Origin: Candidatus Scalinduaceae bacterium
GTDB taxonomy: Bacteria; Planctomycetota; Brocadiia; Brocadiales; Scalinduaceae
Assembly (NCBI GenBank): GCA_965222815.1
Contig: CBDCUS010000013.1
Location: 1,837,302 to 1,869,301 of the forward strand
Reading direction: 5' to 3'
Length of the DNA: 32,000 nucleotides
Part shown: piece by piece, positions 1-5,664 of the stretch
How the letters are laid out: each line of letters opens with the position of its first letter
Position numbering within the stretch: the first letter of the stretch is position 1
Notes under the pieces: generated by a model
What the model saw: the letters and a program-made list of their open reading frames with translations, nothing else
Database searches by the model: none
Told to the model about the DNA's origin: nothing
Translations under genes and position numbers: made by a program

Positions 1-658
1 ATCTTTGTAATGCCCACAAACAATAATCAATAATTTGCAGACAAGGTTCGTTGGATGGATAGTTCGAAGCAACTTTATGAGATGAGCTCACAACTTTCCC
101 TGATGTTTTTTCAAAATTTGTTGTTGCCTTTAATAGCTCATTAAAAAGCGTTTTGTTTCTATCAGATTTTCCTCTTCTGGCAAATGTAACATGATTCTCT
201 TCAGCCGAATGTAACCGGTCCTTAAAAACCCTCTTTACACAAGAGTCATATATTTTGTTTTGACTATATCTCCAAGTTTTATCACGTTGGTTTTGCTTTT
301 TAACATCTTCTAGAATGCTCATTTTCCTTCTGACTATACAGTAGACTTTTATATCCAAGGAAGAGATTAATTTATAAACTTCCCTTCGAACCTCTGGGCA
401 ATCGTCTTTTGCATGAAATGACAACTTTGTTTTTGAGTGAACGGAAGGGATATCTTTAAGGTAAGGATCCGACAATATTTGTTCTCTTAAGTTGTCGAGC
501 TTATTTCTTACTTCATGAGGTTCTACAATATGAACAAGTCCCAATATAAAATAACTGGAACAACCCTCCTGCCCGATCAACACTCTTCCTCTTTTGTTGA
601 ATAAAGTCAAATCTCCGGCTTCATCCACAAAATAATATCTTTTTGTTTCTTTCACCAT
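1..658 (-). CDS. DUF3800-like protein (partial; C-terminus beyond window edge)
   Basis: Open - strand frame from ATG 658-656 to position 1; absent from the ORF track because it has no stop in the window. My translation: MVKETKRYYFVDEAGDLTLFNKRGRV...NEPCLQIIDYCLWALQR. The N-terminal YFVDExG and C-terminal LQxxD are the two acidic hallmark motifs I associate with DUF3800. Confidence 0.55.
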   Translation of the reverse strand, partial: MVKETKRYYFVDEAGDLTLFNKRGRVLIGQEGCSSYFILGLVHIVEPHEVRNKLDNLREQILSDPYLKDIPSVHSKTKLSFHAKDDCPEVRREVYKLISSLDIKVYCIVRRKMSILEDVKKQNQRDKTWRYSQNKIYDSCVKRVFKDRLHSAEENHVTFARRGKSDRNKTLFNELLKATTNFEKTSGKVVSSSHKVASNYPSNEPCLQIIDYCLWALQR

Positions 659-669
659 AATTTAAACTT

Positions 670-777
670 TTATAACAGTTAAATATACAGATACCGCATA
701 CTCCCCACTCCTTTAATTTTGACCACACATCATTGAAGTTAGGATGAGATTTGATCCGTTTCATAATTCTCTTATAC
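670..777 (-). repeat. attC-like cassette-junction repeat, copy a
   Basis: Core 701-727 (+: CTCCCCACTCCTTTAATTTTGACCACA). On the - strand it ends ...ATTTAACTG|TTATAA (GTT box at 670-676). The 5' arm GTATAAGAGAATTAT (777-763) is complementary to the 3' arm, but reads AAG where AAC is expected. It abuts the stop codon of ORF 778-963. Confidence 0.45.
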
Positions 778-963
778 CTATAAACCGTGTTCTTTCCTCC
801 CCTTAATAATAAGAGCGAATCCTATTATCATCATAAGCATACAAATTACTCCTATGGAAAATGAATTGGTATTGAGGAAATCGTCTCCAAAAATACCAAA
901 CAACATAAGAGCCATGCCAACATAACTTATTGGCTTAAAAGTATACCATTTTTTTTCAAACAC
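778..963 (-). CDS. Small membrane protein, 61 aa, two predicted TM helices (GTG start)
   Basis: ORF track. GGAG lies 8 nt upstream of the GTG. Two hydrophobic stretches: VGMALMLFGIFG and IGVICMLMMIIGFALII. It is the sole ORF between junction repeats b and a. Confidence 0.4.
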   Translation of the reverse strand: MFEKKWYTFKPISYVGMALMLFGIFGDDFLNTNSFSIGVICMLMMIIGFALIIKGRKEHGL

Positions 964-1034
964 AGTGTCTACTCCAAATAAGATTCGATAAAAGGTTAAA
1001 TTTATTGTTTCATGTTATTTTTAAATATTCTTAG

Positions 1035-1151
1035 TTTCTACAGTTAAATTCACAGACACTTTGATGTCCAAAAACCCTTCAATTTTGACCACTGCTTTTC
1101 TTGGGTGTGCTCTTTCCGTTGGTGTAAAAGTCTGCAAACCAGCTGTTTTCC
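1035..1151 (-). repeat. attC-like cassette-junction repeat, copy b
   Basis: Core 1075-1109 (+: CCCTTCAATTTTGACCACTGCTTTTCTTGGGTGTG). On the - strand GGAAAACAG (1151-1143) ... CTGTAGAAA (1043-1035). The outer arms are partly complementary (ACAG, CAGAC, TTT, CCAA blocks). The 3' end ATTTAACTG is shared with copy a. Confidence 0.45.
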
Positions 1152-1262
1152 TATTTTACGTAGAGACATTTTGTTTTAATTTTTATGTGTTAATTTGTTT
1201 TTAAAGTTAACGGCCAGTCAACCGCCATGGATAGCGGTCTGTTGGATTGCCTGGATATGGGC

Positions 1263-1916
1263 TCAACCACCCGTTTGCTTTTTGAGCATTTCTAAAAGCA
1301 ATGGAAGTGCAATGTTCTCATAAACGGACTTACCCATCGACTTGAGTGCTTCAAGTGGTTTTGCAAGGATCGGCCAACGTTGCTCCCCTTGGGATTCTTT
1401 TGCTAGTTCTTGGGCATATGTCTTCGCCTGGGAAAGTTGATCTGGTGATAGGCCGAGCGAGTCTAGATTAGAGAGAACTTGGCTCAGTTCAACATGTGTA
1501 GTTTGAGATAGCACGTTGGTAACATTCACAATGATTGGGGGCCGCGTGGATGGTATACTGGTTTCAGTAGGTCCCACTTGAATGGGAAGAACAGGAAATT
1601 CTTCTAAAGCATCTTTAAGGATAACATTAGCACAGTCGAGATCATTCTCAAGAATGGCTTGATCTTGCCGAGACCACTCTTGACTACTACCGCGATGCTT
1701 GATAACTTTAACTCGCACTTGCCAGAACTGGAGAGACGAAAAGCGGCGTACATAGTTGTGGTCTTTACCAAATAGTTCGCTAAGACTTTGGCGGGTGCGT
1801 TCCCTCCATGATCGAAAGTCGGAATCAAAGGCGTTGACTATGTTGTCGCGAAAGACTTTTATGGCATCACGGCTGTCGTTAAGTCTGTTAAGGTGAAGAC
1901 TATTTTGATCGTTCAT
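1263..1916 (-). CDS. Hypothetical protein, 217 aa (cassette ORF, no recognisable family)
   Basis: ORF track. GGAGAG lies 6 nt upstream of the ATG. It looks visibly more G+C-rich than neighbouring cassettes. I recognise no motifs. Confidence 0.6.
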   Translation of the reverse strand: MNDQNSLHLNRLNDSRDAIKVFRDNIVNAFDSDFRSWRERTRQSLSELFGKDHNYVRRFSSLQFWQVRVKVIKHRGSSQEWSRQDQAILENDLDCANVILKDALEEFPVLPIQVGPTETSIPSTRPPIIVNVTNVLSQTTHVELSQVLSNLDSLGLSPDQLSQAKTYAQELAKESQGEQRWPILAKPLEALKSMGKSVYENIALPLLLEMLKKQTGG

Positions 1917-2037
1917 ATCAGCTCTCCATTAGATTCGGGGGTTCTATCCATAGAGTTAAAAATACAATCACTATGAAATTGTAAATATGCGGCGTCTGTA
2001 TATTTCCAATATCATGACAAAGTTTTGAACAATTTCT

Positions 2038-2118
2038 GAATAACAAAAAACCTTTTCACCTACTCCCCACCCCTTCATTTTGACCACTGGCTTTCTTGGG
2101 TGGTTGGGAGTGTTGTCC
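2038..2118 (-). repeat. attC-like cassette-junction repeat, copy c
   Basis: + strand TACTCCCCACCCCTTCATTTTGACCACTGGCTTTCTTGGGTGGTTGGGAGTGTTGTCC. It forms an imperfect hairpin: CACTCCC(AA)CCACCC pairs with GGGTGG-GGAGT, with a bulged AA. A GTTATTC box on the - strand sits at 2044-2038. No convincing R'' box found. Confidence 0.4.
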
Positions 2119-2189
2119 GAACTTGGCCAATGCACCAAGAAATAAGCCCTCTCTTACTTTTTATGGTGAGCACTACCCATCAAACTTGG

Positions 2190-2666
2190 CTACAGCATGA
2201 TAAAAAGCAGCGAGATGATAATAATACCTACTAATACACAACCAAATACTGACTTACCCCATACCCAGAACCCTCTTTGTCCCCACAATTTTTCTGGTTC
2301 TGGTAAAAGTGTTTCTTTGTGTAAATAAACGTTTTTTTCAAAAAGACCAAGAGATTCTTCTATCCTTACTAGAAATTGTTTTAATACATTCAAACTGGAT
2401 GCAAACCAACCTAGTGTGATAGATGCAAATCCAACAAACACAAATAGTATAATTGCTAGCTTTAATTTAAGAGTAATATCAACTGTCTTTCCTCCATATT
2501 TTGTTATAATCCATCCTATAAATGATGTCAAAAAAGCCAAGAAGGCACCGCTAACTAGTACTCTTGTACGATGTAAAAATCGCCAATCTTCGCGGAAAGA
2601 TTTTTCGAAGTGTAGAAGAATTTCGATCTTTTTGTCAGTTTCTTTTAAATGCTCCATTTTTAACAT
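2190..2666 (-). CDS. Membrane protein, 158 aa (soluble N-terminal helix + 3 TM helices); third gene of the 3-gene cassette
   Basis: ORF track. TM stretches: VLVSGAFLAFLTSFIGWII, LAIILFVFVGFASITLGWFA and VFGCVLVGIIIISLLFIML. It starts 21 nt after the deaminase stop. Confidence 0.6.
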   Translation of the reverse strand: MLKMEHLKETDKKIEILLHFEKSFREDWRFLHRTRVLVSGAFLAFLTSFIGWIITKYGGKTVDITLKLKLAIILFVFVGFASITLGWFASSLNVLKQFLVRIEESLGLFEKNVYLHKETLLPEPEKLWGQRGFWVWGKSVFGCVLVGIIIISLLFIML

Positions 2667-2687
2667 AACATATGGTGCAATCTTTGG

Positions 2688-3134
2688 TTAGTGACTTGGT
2701 TCACCTATGTCTTCATGCCAGAGTTTTGGATTTTCCACAATAAATTGTTGCATTAAATCAATGCATTCTTTGCTGTTAACAACATTAACTAAAATCCCCC
2801 GAGACCGAAGATAGGCTTCAGGGCCTCGAAAAGTGATATTTTCCCCAACAACGATTCTTGGTATTTTGTATAGTAAAGAGGCACCGCTACACATATCGCA
2901 GGGAGATAACGTGGAATAAATAGTAGCGCGTGCAAAGTCTTTTGCTTTGAGGCGGCCCGCATTTTCCAGACAATCCATCTCCGCATGCAGGATTGCACTA
3001 TCTTGCTGTACCCTTTTGTTGTGCCCTCGGCTAACAACACGGCCTTCGATTACCAACACAGAACCGATAGGAATCCCGCCTTCTCTTAACCCAATTTTCG
3101 CTTCCTCGATAGCAATCTCTAAAAATTCATCCAT
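2688..3134 (-). CDS. Zn-dependent cytosine deaminase, CDA fold, yeast Fcy1-type
   Basis: It has the HAE...PCDMC zinc motifs. It is near-colinear with my remembered S. cerevisiae Fcy1: GGIPIGSVL, GHNKRVQ..SAILHAEMDCLENAGRL, YSTLSPCDMCSGA, PRIVVGEN, QQFIVENPKLWHEDIGE. I chose the start at ATG 3134 (AAAGGA 8 nt upstream). The ORF track extends to a TTG at 3170. Confidence 0.85.
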   Translation of the reverse strand: MDEFLEIAIEEAKIGLREGGIPIGSVLVIEGRVVSRGHNKRVQQDSAILHAEMDCLENAGRLKAKDFARATIYSTLSPCDMCSGASLLYKIPRIVVGENITFRGPEAYLRSRGILVNVVNSKECIDLMQQFIVENPKLWHEDIGEPSH

Positions 3135-3159
3135 AAATTTGTCCTTTAGTGTTAAATCT

Positions 3160-3774
3160 TTACCATCCAAAAAGAGTTTTTACAGTCTGTGTGTTGATTT
3201 CTTTTAACAATTTTTTTATTATTATACGGCGGTCCTGAATGCTTGAAGAGCGTAGGCTGCGTTTGAAAATTTTCGAGACAGTTTCAAATCTTACCATGCG
3301 AGTGTTACGAGCCTTTGCTTCTGATAGATCTTGGAAATACCCACTTTTCACTTTCCAGCTTCCATTTTGATTTTTTTGGTGGAGAAAGATGCAACCAAAA
3401 CCTTCATCCTTAATGAGTTCATTAACATTTTGAGTTTCGTAAATATATGAAATTCTATGTTTTCTATCATCGACATGCATAACAATTGACCACCAATCAT
3501 AATACTCGTTTCCATTATTGTCGAAGCTTTGACCTTTGAACTGGAGTTTTCCATTGGGTAAGAGAGTGAATTCGCAGATAGAGAACGGACGGTCTTTTAG
3601 CAAGCTATTTGCTTCGATCCACACACCTTGAAGAGAATGATAAATTTTCCAACGTTTCGTTGTTCTCCACTTTTGAAATATAAGCGATGCTACAAGGCTT
3701 GCGATTACTCCCACTACAAAGCCTATGAAATGAGAAGAAAAAAATGATACTACACCACTATTTGCTAGTTCCAT
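3160..3774 (-). CDS. N-terminally TM-anchored protein with beta-rich soluble domain and basic C-terminal tail, 204 aa; first gene of the 3-gene cassette
   Basis: ORF track. TM helix: FIGFVVGVIASLVASLIF. It is followed by an alternating beta-like pattern (GVWIEAN...FTLLPNGKLQFKGQSF...WWSIVMHV...ISYIYE...GCIFLH...SWKVKSGYF). I recognise no family. Confidence 0.6.
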   Translation of the reverse strand: MELANSGVVSFFSSHFIGFVVGVIASLVASLIFQKWRTTKRWKIYHSLQGVWIEANSLLKDRPFSICEFTLLPNGKLQFKGQSFDNNGNEYYDWWSIVMHVDDRKHRISYIYETQNVNELIKDEGFGCIFLHQKNQNGSWKVKSGYFQDLSEAKARNTRMVRFETVSKIFKRSLRSSSIQDRRIIIKKLLKEINTQTVKTLFGW

Positions 3775-3821
3775 GATAAATTATTTTGAAAAAATTCCTG
3801 TAATTCTAAATGATCTAATCA

Positions 3822-3912
3822 GTTGTCCCCCACCCCTTCAATTTTGACCACTGGTTTTTTTGGGAGGTGTTTTACAACTTGATCCGTTCTCAACATTTTA
3901 GCTTTGTTAGAC
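3822..3912 (-). repeat. attC-like cassette-junction repeat, copy d
   Basis: + strand GTTGTCCCCCACCCCTTCAATTTTGACCACTGGTTTTTTTGGGAGGTGTTTTACAAC (3822-3878), a hairpin with GTTGT/ACAAC outer pairs. A - strand GTCTAAC (3912-3906) lies 42 nt upstream of the core, at the same offset as the R''-like box of copy b. No GTT box found on the 3' side. Confidence 0.4.
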
Positions 3913-3973
3913 ATCAATATATTTGTCTTTTTCAGTCATGGTGAGTCTGACCACTATTTCATGATACTTCTCC

Positions 3974-4095
3974 TTGTAACGTTCCGCATAAGTAACCACC
4001 ACCTGTCGTATGCTTCATGAGAGGCTTTGAGCTGCAGTCTCAAAAAATATTAAATCGCAAATAATCAGGTGGTTGGCTTCATGCGTTTGTTATAT
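3974..4095 (-). other. attC site of cassette 2 (canonical)
   Basis: On the - strand: R'' ATATAAC (4095-4089) ... R' GTTACAA (3980-3974). The arms ATATAACAAACGCATGAAGCCAACCACCTG and CAGGTGGTGGTTACTTATGCGGAACGTTACAA are complementary, with a few mismatches and bulges. R'' is the exact complement of this cassette's first bases, G|TTATAT (4917-4911). Confidence 0.65.
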
Positions 4096-4190
4096 GTTTT
4101 AATCTTAACCATCTTATTCTTGGAATTTCCAAGGATTTTCTTTTTTTAATAATTTGATTAAAACTCTATCTTTTGGCTGTTTTTGTATTG

Positions 4191-4457
4191 TTAGATGCCT
4201 TTATCATTAACAGGTGACAATTTAAAGTTCATAAATTGATCTGAGCCGAATCTCTCCTTACCCTCAGCAAACTTCTCTAGTGGTACTTCCAAGCTATGAA
4301 GCATTTCAGATAGATGCTGAATAACATCTGACAGCATTAGCAAACGATTAGCCAACTCAAGTCGAACTCGATGGATTTCTCCGTCAGGTAATCGCTCTAG
4401 TAGATCTACCACAGGTCCTACAACCCGGCCATAGGCTGTTCCAAGATTCAACATCAT
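4191..4457 (-). CDS. Hypothetical 88-aa ORF; probably the C-terminal part of the upstream HEPN-like gene in the -1 frame
   Basis: ORF track. Its frame stays open upstream through the 41-nt gap and into ORF 4499-4888 (...CEKNQGAYGTLSWVVGAGEEHVTKPMMLNLGTAYGRVVGPVV). There is no separate Shine-Dalgarno sequence. Confidence 0.45.
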   Translation of the reverse strand: MMLNLGTAYGRVVGPVVDLLERLPDGEIHRVRLELANRLLMLSDVIQHLSEMLHSLEVPLEKFAEGKERFGSDQFMNFKLSPVNDKGI

Positions 4458-4498
4458 TGGCTTAGTGACATGCTCCTCTCCTGCACCGACAACCCAAC

Positions 4499-4888
4499 TT
4501 AGAGTTCCATAAGCACCTTGGTTTTTTTCGCAATACCAGCTAATTCCTGATCGAGGTGTTGAGCAGAATTACGCATATCTGTAACCACTTCAGTACGACG
4601 AATAAAAAGTTTGTAGACATGATTGTGTTTAATACCAGGCGCCATGCGAAGTACAGACCTAAATCTATGAACAGCGTCAATAAATGTCCAGGTGTGTCGT
4701 ATTGTTTTGACGAATTCTCTTGGTTGGTCAGCCTCCTTATCTTTTGAGAGTAAATGTAGCTCACTAATAAGATCGGAATATGCTTGTCCAGCCATTTCTG
4801 CAGAAAGTCGCAAAGCGTCTAAAAACACTATTTGCTTTCGGCTCAAACCATGGGGGAGACGTCTTAGAACGGAATCCGGTTTAATCAT
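4499..4888 (-). CDS. HEPN-like protein (Rx4H motif RNSAQH), 129 aa as annotated
   Basis: ORF track. R106-N-S-A-Q-H111, encoded at 4573-4556, fits the HEPN R[NHQD]xxxH ribonuclease motif and lies late in an all-helical ~125-aa region. The assignment rests on this motif and its position only. Confidence 0.5.
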   Translation of the reverse strand: MIKPDSVLRRLPHGLSRKQIVFLDALRLSAEMAGQAYSDLISELHLLSKDKEADQPREFVKTIRHTWTFIDAVHRFRSVLRMAPGIKHNHVYKLFIRRTEVVTDMRNSAQHLDQELAGIAKKTKVLMEL

Positions 4889-4910
4889 CTTTTATACGTA
4901 TTGTTGAGAC

Positions 4911-5037
4911 ATATAACGACTAAAGTGAGGTGCGCCGTATAGCAAATAAAACAAACAACATAAATAAAATAAGAAAAGAATCTGACAACGTAGAAACCGC
5001 ACGTGATAAAGGCGTCAACTCCAGTTACTCGTTAGGC
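4911..5037 (-). other. attC site of cassette 1 (canonical)
   Basis: On the - strand: R'' GCCTAAC (5037-5031) ... R' GTTATAT (4917-4911). The arms GCCTAACGAGTAACTGGAGTTGACGCCTTTAT and ATACGGCGCACCTCACTTTAGTCGTTATAT pair at about 24 of 32 positions, with single-base bulges. R'' is the exact complement of the cassette start G|TTAGGC at attI. Confidence 0.7.
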
Positions 5038-5078
5038 ATTTAATCATTGCTACTTCTATTGTTCTTTGATTGAAATTA

Positions 5079-5348
5079 TTATGAAAAATATTTTATTTTT
5101 ACTCCTGTACCGTTGCAAGAAGTGCAATTATCGCTTACAGTTTCACCAGTTGCATAGCCAGTGTTGTTGCAAACCTCACAATTTACACTGATCATTTCAT
5201 GTTCTGAAGCACCTCCAGATCCAGCAATTGCCCCATTATATCCACCCCATCCTTTACACCTAGGGCAAGTATCCCCGTTATTACCAAAAAAAGTTATTTC
5301 TCCAGTACCATTACAATCATCGCATTGGTTATCTGTCTCGTTACTCAT
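5079..5348 (-). CDS. Cysteine-rich miniprotein, 89 aa, four CxxCxGxG motifs (DnaJ zinc-finger-like); first cassette
   Basis: ORF track. Motifs: CDDCNGTG, CPRCKGWG, CEVCNNTG, CTSCNGTG. GGGAGGTGG lies 4 nt upstream of the ATG. Confidence 0.7.
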   Translation of the reverse strand: MSNETDNQCDDCNGTGEITFFGNNGDTCPRCKGWGGYNGAIAGSGGASEHEMISVNCEVCNNTGYATGETVSDNCTSCNGTGVKIKYFS

Positions 5349-5581
5349 TTTCCACCTCCCAACAAATGGTTAATTAGTTTTGGTAAATCAGAAATAAGTA
5401 TGATTTAGAAAAAATTGTAGTAACAATGAAAGCAAAAAGTCTTTAATGTTGCTACAAATATCAAGACCCTAATTTCCGTACATCAAGGAAGCACACAAAG
5501 AATCTGTTAAATTTATTTTCCATGCTATGCTCTCTGATTTTATGCCTAACAAGTTATTCTATAGTTTCCGTATAGTCACGA

Positions 5582-5609
5582 ATATTACAAAATATTTGAC
5601 TTTTTACAA
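5582..5609 (-). promoter_or_regulatory. Candidate cassette promoter Pc (TTGTAA-16-TAATAT)
   Basis: Sigma70-like hexamers on the - strand, upstream of the attI core and reading into cassette 1. It overlaps the intI promoter face to face. Confidence 0.35.
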
Positions 5610-5624
5610 GTATTTTCTTATACT
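5596..5624 (+). promoter_or_regulatory. Candidate intI promoter (TTGACT-17-TATACT)
   Basis: Near-consensus -35/-10 hexamers with a 17-nt spacer. The -10 ends 40 nt upstream of the intI ATG. Confidence 0.5.
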
Positions 5625-5664
5625 TATCTAACCGTATAGTATCTTTTTGTAATGCTATTCATCA

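Larger units (their letters stand above)
5544..5640 (-). other. attI-like primary recombination site
   Basis: On the - strand there are two direct repeats ACTATACGG (5640-5632 and 5576-5568). These are followed by GAATAAC-TT-GTTAGGC (core 5550-5544). This matches the DR2-DR1-L-R layout described for attI sites. Confidence 0.5.

Noticed and set aside
1212-1251. Short GC-rich hairpin after ORF 1263-1916. On the - strand it reads ATCCAAC...ACCGC-loop-GCGGT...GTTGACT, resembling a mini attC.
   Set aside because: The AAC...GTT bracket spans only about 32-40 nt, well below known attC sizes. A better junction candidate (copy b) lies 60 nt further on. It is probably a terminator-like hairpin or a remnant.
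3135-3170. TTG start (ORF track) that extends the deaminase by 12 codons and overlaps the upstream gene.
   Set aside because: The internal ATG at 3134 has an AAAGGA Shine-Dalgarno sequence and matches where the Fcy1-type alignment begins. The TTG extension cannot be excluded.
670-3912. Could the four TTTTGACCAC-core repeats be a CRISPR array?
   Set aside because: Spacing is irregular (about 0.4-1.8 kb) and filled with protein-coding ORFs. The repeats are imperfect and of differing length, and there are no cas genes. An integron junction context explains them better.
3908-4003. 31-codon GTG-initiated - strand ORF (VVTYAERYKEKYHEIVVRLTMTEKDKYIDV) whose stop lies inside GTCTAAC.
   Set aside because: It starts inside the 3' arm of attC2 and crosses the cassette boundary at 3980. 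It has no Shine-Dalgarno sequence, so it is most likely fortuitous.
5495-5664. LexA box (CTGT-N8-ACAG) overlapping the intI promoter, as in many integrons.
   Set aside because: The only CTGT (about 5504) is not followed by ACAG at the right spacing. No SOS-box-like palindrome was seen, though the LexA motif of this taxon is unknown.
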